From NCBI RefSeq assembly GCF_963921235.1, contig NC_086108.1, forward strand, positions 101,186,001-101,250,000: 64,000 nt of DNA, written 5' to 3'. The translations under genes and the position numbers were made by a program. The stretch comes from Mobula hypostoma (Eukaryota). Below, in pieces: positions 27,357-39,600 of the stretch. The notes below the pieces were generated by a model. The model made no database searches. It saw nothing but the letters and a program-made list of their open reading frames with translations, and was not told the DNA's origin. The number at the start of each line of letters is the position of its first letter. The stretch's first letter is position 1.

Positions 27357-28665
27357 GGGTTTAGGTGCAATCTGCCCCTTTTGTACAGGTCATACCCCCG
27401 CCCGCCCCCCCCCCGAAGAAATCCCATTGATCCAAGAATCTGAAGCCCTGCCCCCTGCACCAGCTTCTCAACCACACATTTATCTGCCAGATCATCCTGT
27501 TTCTACCCTCACTGGAGCATGGCACAGGTAGTAATTCCAGAAATTATTACCCTGGGGGTTCTGCTTTTCAGCTTTCGGCCTAACTCTCTAAGTTCTCTCG
27601 TCAGGACCTCATTGCTTTTCCTTCCTGTGTCATTGGTTTAATATGTATCAAGACCTCTGGCTGCTCTCCCGCCCTTTTCAAAATGCAGTGGACATGATCC
27701 AAGATGTCCCTGACCCTGGCACCTGGGAGGCAGCATACCAGCCCATTCATGTCCAAAGAATCTCCTGTCTGTTCCACTGACTACTGAGTCCCCTATCACT
27801 ACCACTCCCCTCTACATCGACTTCTCTAACTTCCGCTAATGCCCCACCTCCCCCTCGTACCCCATCCGTTATTTATTTATATACACACATTCTTTCTCTC
27901 TCTCTCCTTTTTCTCCCTCTGTCCCTCTGAATATACCCCTTGCCCATCCCCTGGGTTCCTCCCCCCCTTGTCTTTCTTCCTGGGCCTCCTGTCCCATGAT
28001 CCTCTCATATCCCTTTTGCCAATCACCTGTCCAGCTCTTGGCTCCATCCCTCCCCCTCCTGTCTTTTCCTATCATTTTGGATCTCCCCCTCCCCCTCCAA
28101 CTTTCAAATCTCTTACTCACTCTTCCGTTAGTCCTGACGAAGGGTCTCAGCCAAAAAAACGTCGACTGCACCTCTTCCTAGAGATGCTGCCTGGCCTGCT
28201 GCGTTCACCAGCAACTTTGTTGTGTGTTGCTTGAATTTCCGGCATCTGCAGAATTCCTGTTGTTTGCACTCCCCTCTTCTCCCTCTTTCCCTTCCGCACC
28301 ACAGACACATGCTCAGTGCCATCAACCTGGTCTCTGTGGCAATCCATGGGAGGTCATCCCCCACAACAGTATCCAAAATGATATACTTATTATTGAGGGG
28401 AATGGCCACAGGGGTGCTCTGCACTAATTGCCTATTCACCTTCCGATTTCTTCTCCTGACAGTCACACTACCCACCTCCTGCAACTTGGGGGTGAACACT
28501 TCCCTGTAACTCCGATCGATGACCTCCTCACTCTCCTGCACAAGCCAAAGGACATCCAGCTGCTGTTCCAGATCCCTAGCATGGTCTTCAAGGAGCCGTA
28601 GCTGGATGCACTTCACGGAGATGTAGTTCCCTGGGAGACTTCGGGTCTCCCAGAACTCCAGTATC
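27357..28665 (-). mobile_element. CR1 ORF1 fragment interrupted by a Penelope-like 3' fragment (27814-28266)
   Basis: KCIQLRLLEDHARDLEQQLD and esterase remnants homologous to 2975-3900. The insert is flanked by the 11-bp TSD CACTCCCCTCT (27803-27813 and 28267-28277). Confidence 0.8.
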
Positions 28666-29352
28666 CGACGTGAATAATGTGGTCAAATGGGTCAGCAAAT
28701 TTGCAGATGACACCAAGGTTGGTGGTGTAGTGGACAGTGAGAAGACTATCATGGCTTGCAGCAGGATCTGGACTAGCTGGAAAAATGGCAGTTGGTATTT
28801 AATGCTGACAAGTGTGAGGTCCAAACAACCAGTGCGTAGTAGGACACTGAGGCGTGTGGTAGACAGATATATCTGGGAATACTGATCCATAATTCCTTGG
28901 AAGTAGCATCAAAGGTAGATAGGGATGTAAAGAAAGCTTTTGGTACATTGAAGTTCATAAATCAAAGAATTGTGTACAGAAGTTGATATGTTATGTTGGT
29001 AAGGCTTATTTTGGAGCATTGTGTGCAGTTTTGTTCACCTACCTATAGGATGGATGTAAGATTGAAAACATGCAGAGAGTATTTATAATGCTTTTGCTGG
29101 GACTTGAGGACCTTGATGGGAAGGATATTGAGGGCTATGGTCCGGATGCAGTTCAATGGCAGCAGGTAGATTAAAGATCTGCACAGACTAGATGGGCTGA
29201 TGGGCCTGCTTCTGTGCGACTCTGTCTTTGCAACTGTTTTACTTGTATCCTTCAGGACTGTAATGCCTCCATGATATCTCCTTACACCTCATCCATTTCA
29301 GAGAGGACCCACTTTCTCTCTTCCATCTGCAGTACATCATCTTCTTCAGATT

Positions 29353-31734
29353 ATAGAAACATAGAAACATAGAAAATAGGTGCAGGAGTAGGCCGTTCGG
29401 CCCTTCGAGCCTGCACCGCCATTTATTATGATCATGGCTGATCCTCCAACTCAGAACCCCGCCCCAGCCTTCCCTCCATACCCCCTGACCCCCGTAGCCA
29501 CAAGGGCCATATCTAACTCCCTCTTAAACATAGCCAATGAACTGGCCTCAACTGTTTCCTGTGGCAGAGAATTCCACAGATTCACCACTCTCTGTGTGAA
29601 GAAGTTTTTCCTAATCTCAGTCCTAAAAGCCTTCCCCTCTATCCTCAAACTGTGACCCCTCATTCTGGACTTCCCCGACATCGGGAACAATCTTCCTGCA
29701 TCAAGCCTGTCCAATCCCTTTAGGATCTTATACGTTTCAATCAGATCCCCCCTCAATCTTCTAAATTCCAACGAGTACAAGCCCAGTTCATCCAGTCTTT
29801 CTTCATATGAAAGTCCTGCCATCCCAGGAATCAATCTGGTGAACCTTCTTTGTACTCCCTCTATGGTAAGGATGTCTTTCCTCAGACTAGGGGACCAAAA
29901 CTGCACACAATACTCCAGGTGTGGTCTCACCAAGGCCTTGTACAACTGCAGTAGTACCTCCCTGCTCCTGTACTCGAATCCTCTCGCTATAAATGCCAGC
30001 ATACCATTCGCCTTTTTCACTGCCTGCTGTACCTGCATGCCCACTTTCAATGACTGGTGTATAATGACACCCAGGTCTCGTTGCACCTCCCCTTTTCCTA
30101 ATCGGCCACCATTCAGATAATAATCTGTTTTCCTATTTTTGCCACCAAAGTGGATAACTTCACATTTATCCACATTAAATTGCATCTGCCATGAATTTGC
30201 CCACTCACCCAACCTATCCAAGTCACTCTGCATCCTCTTAGCATCCTCCTCACTGCTAACACTGCCACCCAGCTTTGTGTCATCCGCAAACTTGGAGATG
30301 CTGCATTTAATTCCCTCATCCAAGTCATTAATATATATTGTAAACAACTGGGGTCCCAGCACTGAGCCTTGCGGTACCCCACGAGTCACCGCCTGCCATT
30401 CTGAAAAGGTCCCGTTTATTCCCACTCTTTGCTTCCTGTCTGCTAACCAATTCTCCACCCACACCAATACCTTACCCCCAATACTGTGTGCTTTAAGTTT
30501 GCACACTAATCTCCTGTGTGGGACCTTGTCAAAAGCCTTTTGAAAATCCAAATATACCACATCCACTGGTTCTCCCCTATCCACTCTACTAGTTACATCC
30601 TCAAAAAATTCTATGAGATTCGTCAGACATGATTTTCCTTTCACAAATCCATGCTGACTTTGTCTGATCATTTCACTGCTTTCCAAATGTGCTGTTATCA
30701 CATCCTTGATAACTGACTCCAGCAGTTTCCCCACCACCGACGTTAGGCTAACCGGTCTATAATTCCCCAGTTTCTCTCTCCCTCCTTTTTTAAAAACTGG
30801 AGTTACATTAGCCACCCTCCAATCCTCAGGAACTAGTCCAGAATCTAACGAGTTTTTAAAAATTATCACTAATGCATCCACTATTTCTTGGGCTACTTCC
30901 TTAAGCACTCTAGGATGCAACCCATCTGGCCCTGGGGATTTATCTGCCTTCAATCCCTTCAATTTACCTAACACCACTTCCCTACTAACATGTATTTCGC
31001 TCAGTTCCTCCATCTCACTGGACCCTCTGTCCCCTACTATTTCTGGAAGATTATTTATGTCCTCCTTAGTGAAGACAGAACCAAAGTAATTATTCAATTG
31101 GTCTGCCATGTCCTTGCTCCCCATAATCAATTCACTTGTTTCTGTCTGCAGGGGACCTACATTTGTCTTTACTAGTCTTTTCCTTCTTACATATCTATAA
31201 AAGCTTTTACAGTCCGTTTTTATGTTCCCTGCCAGTTTTCTCTCATAATCTTTTTTCCCCTTTCTAATTAAGTCGTTTGTCCTCCTCTGCTGAACTCTGA
31301 ATTTCTCCCAGTCCTCAGGTGAGCCACTTTCCCTGGCTAATTTGTATGCTTCTTCTTTGGAATTGATACTATCCCTAATTTCTCTTGTCAGCCACGGGTG
31401 CACTACCTTCCTTGATTTATTCTTTTGCCAAACTGGGATGAACAATTGTTGTAGTTCATCCATGCAACCTTTAAATGCTCGCCATTGCATATCCACCGTT
31501 AATCCTTTAAGTGTCATTTGCCAGTCTATCTTAGCTAATTCACGTCTCATACCTTCAAAGTTACCCCTCTTTAAGTTCAGAACCTTTGTTTCTGAATTAA
31601 CTATGTCACTCTCCATGTTAATGAAGAATTCCACCATATTATGGTCAGTCTTATCCAAGGGGCCTCTCACGACAAGATTGCTAATTAACCCTTCCTCATT
31701 GCTCAAAACCCAGTCCAGAATAGCCTGCTCTCTA
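29353..31734 (-). mobile_element. Young 5'-truncated CR1 LINE with an uninterrupted RT reading frame, immediately upstream of CLCA
   Basis: ORF 29451-31748 without stops: KSPGPDG, NYRPVSLTS, YLDFQKAFDKVPH, GVPQGSVLGP, KFADDTKLGG. (TTTCTATG)n 3' tail at about 29353-29376. Confidence 0.95.
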
Positions 31735-32031
31735 TACGCTTTAAACATGAAAAAAGTTTCCAGCTAAATAGAATTTATTATTTACAGGAGGTTTTTGTTG
31801 GATTCATTCCAAGATGAACCATTCTTGCAGCTCTGCGTCTGAAGCAGTTCATTGTTATGTTACAGCTTGCCGATGCTGAACAATCGGATTAAGTTAAAAA
31901 TTCTGAGTCACTGCCATCCCTTTTTTTGTGTTCTGGGGACAATTTTTCACAATTATTTTTGATTTATTGGCAAAATCAGAGGAACATAAGCAAAGGAAGC
32001 AAGAGGAGTGGAGTAAAACTTCATTGCAACA

Positions 32032-32193
32032 ATGGTTCAGCGAAACGCTTTTCCCTTGGTGTTCAGTTACCTCCTCTGCGTTTATGCTGACAGCAGCTGT
32101 GGAATACATGTGGTAGATAATGGATATAAAGACATTGTGATTGCAATTAAACCAAGTATCCCATATGATAAGGAGCTCCCTGAAAAAATCCAG
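32032..32193 (+). CDS. CLCA: CLCA-family gene, coding exon 1 (signal peptide and start of the CLCA N-terminal domain)
   Basis: ACAATGG Kozak context. Translates MVQRNAFPLVFSYLLCVYADSSCG-IHVVDNGYKDIVIAIKPSIPYDKELPEKIQ, matching the CLCA 'NGY..IVIAI.P.VP.D' motif. Ends CAG|GTAAG, 162 nt, phase 0. The paralogue cannot be assigned. Confidence 0.92.
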
Positions 32194-32367
32194 GTAAGAT
32201 CTAAAATGAATTCAGATCTGTTGCTTTGTGTCAATGTTGTGTTGTATTACCTTGAAATTAGGATTTGATGACAGGAAGAAGAGCTAAAAGAATATGTATC
32301 CATAATTGCTCTGGTCTCATAATTAAAATACAATGAGACATTGGTTTTAAACTTGTGTTTCCTTTAG

Positions 32368-32511
32368 GCGATGATGATTGAAGCCTCCTCCTTCCTGCAT
32401 CAAGCTACCAAAAAGTGGCTCTATTTTTCAGATGTTAAAATCCTTTTGCCTAAAACCTGGCCAGTTAGCTCCAGCTTGGTTCAAAGACCAACTAATCAAT
32501 CATATGAGAAG
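32368..32511 (+). CDS. CLCA: CLCA-family gene, coding exon 2
   Basis: Acceptor TTTCCTTTAG| and donor AAG|GTAAG, 144 nt. Translates AMMIEASSFLHQATKKWLYFSDVKILLPKTWPVSSSLVQRPTNQSYEK, matching CLCA 'M.TEAS.YL..AT..R.YF..V.IL.P..W'. Not in the ORF track; translated by hand. Confidence 0.92.
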
Positions 32512-33369
32512 GTAAGAACAAAGAAATCAGAGAGTGATAGTAAATGATTGTATATCATATTGAACAATGATAGAGAGCTAGTATCTAGTTGCCCAGGGTT
32601 CAATACTGAAATGGATGTTTTGGATAACATTTATAAATTTATGGATGAAGGAGTGGCAAAGTGTGAGAGGGTGATAATGTATGCTGATGTAGATGGAGCT
32701 GCTGAATAGGCAGCAAGTTACAGGTGAAGTGAAAATCTGAGGTATATACAATATCACACCAGTAATCTGCTGTCTAATCATTCAGAAATTAATCCGAATG
32801 AATCCTTCGGAAAGATGGTTCGGCATCTAGCTCACAGATGATGTTACCCACCCCGCTGAAACTCACCATTTCTGTTCTCCCTTCAACTCATCAGGATGTC
32901 AATTCATGTGTTTGATTGAACGTACTGGAATCCCTTTTTCTGTGCTCTCTTTATCCTCCCTGGTGCCCCGTCTCCAAAGCCCCCTTTCACTACACTGAAC
33001 CCCAGTTTCTGCTCTCTCCCTTTCAACTCACCAAGTCCTGGTTTCTGCCCGCCTCCCCAACGCACCGGGACTGTTTCATGTGATCTGTTTAAACTCAATA
33101 GCACATTTCAGATCTGATGAGGCATATAAAAATTCAATAAGCACAAAATAGAATAAATATAATTGTACCAGTAATCCTATGAAAGACATAATAGAAATAA
33201 AGTGCATTGTTGGGGGTGAGGTTTGAGGGGTGCTCATGGGCTGATGTGTGTGTAGTGGTGGTTTGGGGTGGGGGTGTGAGTTTAATGGATGGAATGTTGA
33301 TCAGCTTGACAGCTTGGAGGGAAATAATTGATTTTATATCAGATTTCCCAAAATGTTTAGGATTACAAA

Positions 33370-33573
33370 TGCGATAGAGCTTGATTGATTCCTATTATCC
33401 TAGTTCTGTGTACGTGTGTTTTACCATTGCTAACCTGCTGCATTTATATCCTTCCTATTAGAGTACTGTGTTACTTATTTCTTTAATAAAACTTTCTTAG
33501 TTCCAGTAATCCAGACTCCAACTAAGTGGTCCATTTCTGCTGGTTTGACAACCCAGTTACGGGGTACGTAACA
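33370..33573 (+). repeat. Partial LTR (3' end of the 26012-26855 family)
   Basis: Near-identical to 26652-26855, ending GGGGTACGTAACA. Confidence 0.8.
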
Positions 33574-36324
33574 ATAGTAACCCCACTTACAGAGACTAGG
33601 TCATTGGCAATCCAAACGTTCATCAGATACATTTTAAATATTACGAGAGTACAGTAGTTCTTTTGGTTTCCTTACCTACACCTCCCTGTAATCCGCACCT
33701 ACTCCTCTTCCAGCCTGGTCATTCACTGCTTGTGATGTGGCCTCTAACGGTGGTGAAAACAAGATTCAAGTTTCAAAATTGTTTATTGTCATTCTTCAAT
33801 ACACCAGTGTAAAGGAGAATGAAGTGATTGTTACTGCTAATCCAATGCAGTGAAAAAAATCATAATAAGCAGAATGAACACAATAAACCCCCAAAAAACA
33901 CAATAAATATACTGTAAGTATAAAAGCAATCCTATAAAACACAATATACAAATAACTGTTTGAGTGTGGCCACATACACATAAGAATAGCTTGTACTGTA
34001 AACATAGTCTGATTGTATGTACATAAGGGCAGGAATCTTTCCACATGAGGTGACCCTAATAGGAAAGAAGATGGGAGATCTTCTTTCCTGTCTGTTAGGA
34101 GATAGGACAGGAGGCAGGATTGAAATAAGCTGCAGAAGGTTGTAAACTTAGTCAGCTCCATCATGACTTCCCAGCATCCAGGACATCTTCAAGGAGTGAT
34201 GCTTCAAAAAGCTGGCATCTATTGTTAAGGACCACCATCACCCAGGACATGCCCTCTTCTCATTCCCACCATCAGGGAGGACTACAGGAGCTGGAAGCAA
34301 TGTACTGCTGCCACTTAACAAGTTTCATGACATATGCCGGTGATATTGACCCAATTCTGATTCCATTTCTTTGACCGTCTACCATCAGGCAGAAGGTAAC
34401 GGTGTAAGAACAAGGACTGTCAGGCTGGGTGACAGCTTCTTCCCTCAGGCTGTGAGACTTCTGCAGGTCAGACAGCATCAATGAGAGATTACTAAACCTG
34501 ATTCTGATTCTGAAATGGTAAAGTGACAGAGTGAATCTTGGCAAGAGGAAATCATTTTGGTAGCAGCAGGGCTACCAGGAACACTCTGACTGTGACTGTG
34601 TCAGTGTAAATATGAGGTGGGCGTGTAAGTGTAAAATGACAGTGCATGGGGGGGTGGGGTTGAAGGCTACTGAGGGGCTGGGCAGAGGCGTGGCTAATAT
34701 GGGTGCGGTGGTCAAAAACATGAGAAATTCTGTAGATGCTGGAAATCCAAAACGTCTCTCAAAAAATGCTGGAGGAACCCAGCAGCTCTGGCAGCAGCTA
34801 TGGAAATTAAAAAAACAATTGGGCCGAAGTCCTTCTTCAGAACTGGACAGGAAGGGGGAAGATGCCAGAATAAAAAGATGGGGAGAGGGGAAGGAGGATA
34901 GAAAGAAGGTGATAGGTAAAGCCTGGTGGATAGGAAAGGTAAAGGGCTGGAAAGGAAGGAATTAAAGGGCTGGAAAGGAAGGAATCTGATAGGAGAAAGG
35001 GAAGGAGGAGGGGACCTAGAGGGAAGTGATAAGCAAGTAAGAAGAGATAAGAGGACAGAGAGGGAAATAGAAGAAGAGGGGAGGAGAAGGGTGAGGGATT
35101 TTTTTTAACAGATGGAGAAATCTATATTTATGCCATCAGGTTGGAAGCTACCCAGACGTAAGATAAGTTGTTGGTCTCCACCCTGAGGGTGGCCTCATTG
35201 TGACCTCAGGGGAGGCCATGGATCAACATGTTGGAATGGGAATTGGAATTAATATATCTGGGAAGTTCTGCTTTTAGTGGATGGAACATAGATTCTCAAC
35301 AAAACGGTCCCCCAATTTACAATAGATCTTACCACTGTAGAAGAGACCGCATTGGGAGCACCAGACATGATGGATGACCCCAGCAGATTTGCAGGTGAAG
35401 TGTTAACTCAATGAAAGGGGCCCTGAATGGACATGAGGGAGGAGGTGAATGGACACCGGTAGTACTTTGGCCAGTTGCAGGGATAAGTGCCAGGAGGGAG
35501 ATTAATGAGGAGGGATGATTGTACAATTGAATCACAGAGGAAGCGATCCCTGCAGAAAGTAGCGGGTGTGCAGGTAAAGATACCTTTGGTTGTAGGATCC
35601 CCTTGAAGATAGCAGAAGTTCTGGAGAATGATGTCTTGGATGTGGAGGCTCATGAGGTGGTAGATAAGGACAATGACTCTTTTCTCAGTTCCTTCTCCTC
35701 TATTGCATCTGCTACCAGGATGCGGCTTTCCATTCCAGGATATCAGCGATGTCTTCCTTCTTCAAAGAATGAGGTTTCCCTTCCTTCACCATTGATGCTG
35801 CCCTCATTGTGAGGGAGGAGAAGATGGCGGCGCGCCTGTGTGTGCGCAGCCCTCCGGTGGAAAATGATATCGTATCTGTTAAATAGGGGCTGTGGACAAT
35901 TCTGATTTGATGGAGAATAGACGTGAAAGCACAGAGGGATATCTGGAGAAATTTCTGAAACGCCCATTCGCTGCTGTTGTTACTGCGTGGTCGGGAATCT
36001 TTCGGAGGGTAGACTTCAAAATCCCCGGCCTTGCCTGCTTTTGGCGACTGAGAAGGAGGTCGAATTGTTTGGACAGAGATGGTGCTCGGTAATCGGTGTC
36101 GGAGAGCTGATCAGAGCTCGAAGTTTTTGGATGACTCAGAGTCGGATTGTGGTCGGCATGGCAGGAAGAGTTTTTCTTCCTTCTCCCATCTGCATGAGAT
36201 GTGGGACATTTGAGAAACTTTGAACTTTACTGTGCTCGTGGACTTCTTCATCAAGTTATGGTATTGTGCACTGTTGTAACTATATGTTATAATTATGTGG
36301 TTTTGTCAGTTTTTTCAGTCTTGG

Positions 36325-36553
36325 TGAAGCACCTTCAATTACTCCAAAAGACTGAGGTTTGGTAAAATACCAAAAGGCTTTTATTCGCTGTACAATACGA
36401 CCTCCACAGTGAGTGTCTGCCCCCGGACTGAGGGGGAGGGGCAAGGCGAACACCTTTATACAGGACTCTGTGGGAGGAGCCACAGGGGCAGTCAGCAGAT
36501 GGGTGTGTCCAGACAGGTAACCCAGTTACAACATATATACATGGTTTACCACA
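36325..36553 (-). repeat. 3' LTR of the intact Gypsy element (229 bp)
   Basis: Direct repeat of 40555-40802. Preceded on the - strand by the purine-rich tract AAAAAAATGAGGGGTGAA (about 36554-36571), a putative PPT. Confidence 0.95.
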
Positions 36554-36622
36554 TTCACCCCTCATTTTTTTAAAAAGAGTCCCGCGGGGTGAAGTGTCTG
36601 ACAATATTTACAAGAAGTATAT

Positions 36623-39600
36623 TTACAGGTTAAGTCTATCAGGCGGTCGAGTCCATCGCTGTGATCTACGTAGCACCGGCGATGGCGGTTGTGCTGGCTC
36701 CGGCCTGACTTCAGGTGCCAGCACGTTAGGCGTCGGTAATCCCTCGTGCGTGTGCATCGCGCCCGGTATGGGAGTGTCGTGTGGTGTCTGTATAGGGTTT
36801 GGGGTGCACGGTGTCTTGTAGGTACATACATTGGTGGGTACGGGGTCAATAGTCACCACGGAGTGTTCAGGATAGGGGCCCGGAGCTCCTGCGGGCACCA
36901 GGTCGCGGATGGAGACCGTGTCCTCCCACCCATCAGGTAAAACCACGTAGGCATACTGGGGGTTCGCATGAAGTAAGTGAACCCTCTCGACCATCGGGGA
37001 GTATTTATTGCTGCTCGCATGTTTCCGAAGCAGCACTGGCCCCGGGGACGTCAGCCAAGTTGGTAGGGTGGTTCCAGTGGTCGATTTGCTGGGAAACGAA
37101 AAGAGCCACTCATGAGGGGTGGCATTGGTGGCCGTGCATAACAGGGAGCGGATGGAGTGGAGTGCCTCGGGAAGAACCTCCTGCCAGCGGGAGACCGGCA
37201 GTCCCTTTGACCTGAGGGCTAAGAGTGTGGCTTTCCACACCGTGCCATTCTCCTTCTCTACCTGTCCATTCCCCCGGGGATTATAGCTCGTGGTCCTACT
37301 GGTTGCAATTCCCCTAGCCAGTAGGTATTGGCGCAGCTCGTCACTCATAAACGAGGACCCTCTGTCACTGTGAATATAGCATGGGTATCCGAACAGAGTG
37401 AAGAGCTTGCGCAGGGCTTTTATAACTGACGTGGTAGTGGTGTCGGGGCAGGGGATGCTGAAGGGGAACCGCGAGTACTCGTCAATTACGTTAAGAAAGT
37501 ACACATTGCGGTCGGTGGAGGGAAGGGGGCCCTTAAAGTCAACACTCAGTCGCTCAAAGGGGCGGGTGGCCTTGATGAGTGGTGCCTTTTCAGGTCGGTA
37601 GAAGTGCGGTTTGCACTCTGCGCAGACTTGGCAGTCCCTGGTCATCATCCTGATCTCCTCAAGGGAGTAAGGCAGGTTCCGGGCTTTCACGAAGTGGAAA
37701 AGCCGGGTGACTCCTGGGTGGCAAAGATCTACATGTAGGGCGTATAGCCGGTCAATCTGCGCGCTGGCACATGTTCCCCGGGATAGGGCATCGGAGGGCT
37801 CGTTGAGCTTCCCAGGCCTGTACATGATGTCATAGTTGTAGGTGGAGAGTTCGATTCTCCACCTCAGAATTTTATCATTTTTGATTTTGCTCCGCTGCTG
37901 ATTATTAAACATGAACGCGACTGAGCGCTGGTCAGTTAGCAGCGTGAACCTTTCGCCGGCAAGATAGTGCCTCCAGTGCCTTATAGCTTCCACTATGGCC
38001 TGGGCCTCTTTCTCTACCACAGAGTGCCGAATTTTAGGGCCTTGAAAGGTACGGGAGAAGAACGCCACTGGTCTTCCTGCCTGGTTGAGGGTAGCAGCCA
38101 GCGCAAAGTCGGAGGCGTCACTCTCTACTTGGAAGGGAATGGCCTCATCCACCGCATGCATTGCTGCTTTGGCAATGTCCCCTTTTATGCGGTTGAAGGC
38201 CGTGTGGGCCTCGGCAGAGAGGGGGAATGTGGTGGACTTGACCAGGGGGCGGGCCTTGTCTGCATAGTTAGAGACCCATTGGGCGTAATATGAAAAGAAG
38301 CCCAGGCACCTTTTGAGGGCTCTGAGGGTATTGGGAAGAGGGAGTTCCAACAGGGGGCGCATACGGTCGGGGTCAGGGCCAATGACTCCATTCTCCACGA
38401 CAAACCCAAGGATAGCAAGTCGGGTGGTCCCAAATACACACTTGTCCTTGTTATAGGTGAGGTTGAAAGATTTGGCCGCTTGGAGAAATTTTTGGAGGTT
38501 GTTGTCGTGATCCTGCTGGTTGTGACCGCAGATGGTGATGTTATCCAGATATGGGAACGTGGCCTTCAGTTGGCACTGATCCACCATCCGGTCCATTGCC
38601 CTCTGGAAGACAGATACACCATTCGTGACACCAAAGGGGACGCGCAGGAATTGATAAAGCCTGCCGTCCGCCTCGAAGGCAGTGTAAGGGCGATCCTCCC
38701 GGCAGATGGGGAGCTGATGGTAAGCGGATTTTAGGTCTATGGTCGAGTACACCTTGTACAGTGCTATCTGATTGACCATATCCGCGATGCGGGGTAGAGG
38801 GTACGCGTCGAGCAGCGTGAACCTATTGATGGTCTGGCTATAGTCCACGACCATCCTATTCTTCTCCTCGTTCCGAACAACCACCACCTGCGCCCTCCAA
38901 GGACTTGTGCTCGCCTCAATGACCCCCTCCCTGAGCAGCCGCTGCACCTCCGACTTAATGAAAGCTATGTCCCCCGCGCTGTACCTCCTGCTTTTAGTTG
39001 CCACGAGTTTACAGTCGGGGGTCAGGTTGGTGAACAGCGGTGGGGGAGGGATCCTGAGGGTGGAGAGGCCGCAAGTGGTGTTGGTAGTGTGGCAGTTGGC
39101 ATGATGTTGGGTGGGATGTGCGGGTCGGTGTGTGTGTGTGGTCAGTAGCGGGGTACGTGACATATCTCTACAAAACAGGGGATTTATGACAGTAATTGGT
39201 GGGAGGGGCCCATCATACTTCATTGTCACGCTTTTCAGGTGGCTCTGGAAGTCCAACCCCAACAGCACAGGGGCACACAGTTGAGGCAAGACCAGTAACT
39301 TAATGTCCCGATATTCTGTGCCCTGCACCACTAGGGTCACTACACAACCCCCCTGGATGTCTGTTGTATGCGACCCGGAGGTCATGGTGACCCTCTGACT
39401 TACCGGCCGTATCCTGAGTCCACAATGCTGCACCGTGGCCAGGTGGATAAAACTCTCCGTGCTGCCTGTGTCAAACAGGCAGCTTGTCCTGTGCCCCTCC
39501 ACCAGGATGTCCATCATTGACCTTGCGAGCTGGTGGGGAGCGCTTTGGTCGAGGGTCACGGAAGCCAAGGTGGGGTCGCTGTCTTGGTCCGGCGCGGTGG

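Larger units (their letters stand above)
1145..27357 (-). mobile_element. Decayed Gypsy LTR retrotransposon with PNMA-like gag, fragmented by many nested insertions
   Basis: 3' LTR about 1145-1864 with PPT GGTGGGGGGAGGG|TGTAATG. IN tail RSQRVRKSPDRL at about 2050-2100; IN/RH/RT (YLDD) 7945-9900; protease ILDTGSQ at about 10750. Gag pieces 13535-14283, 14879-15360, 16650-16715 and 26856-26905 (MVAAGIKHWCNLE). Degenerate PBS at about 27008-27026 and a partial 5' LTR at 27030-27357 similar to 1185-1456. Confidence 0.75.

Noticed and set aside
29451..31748. 765-aa ORF as a complete autonomous LINE protein
   Set aside because: The first few codons come from flanking DNA. The element is 5'-truncated within the endonuclease and has no ORF1 or promoter.
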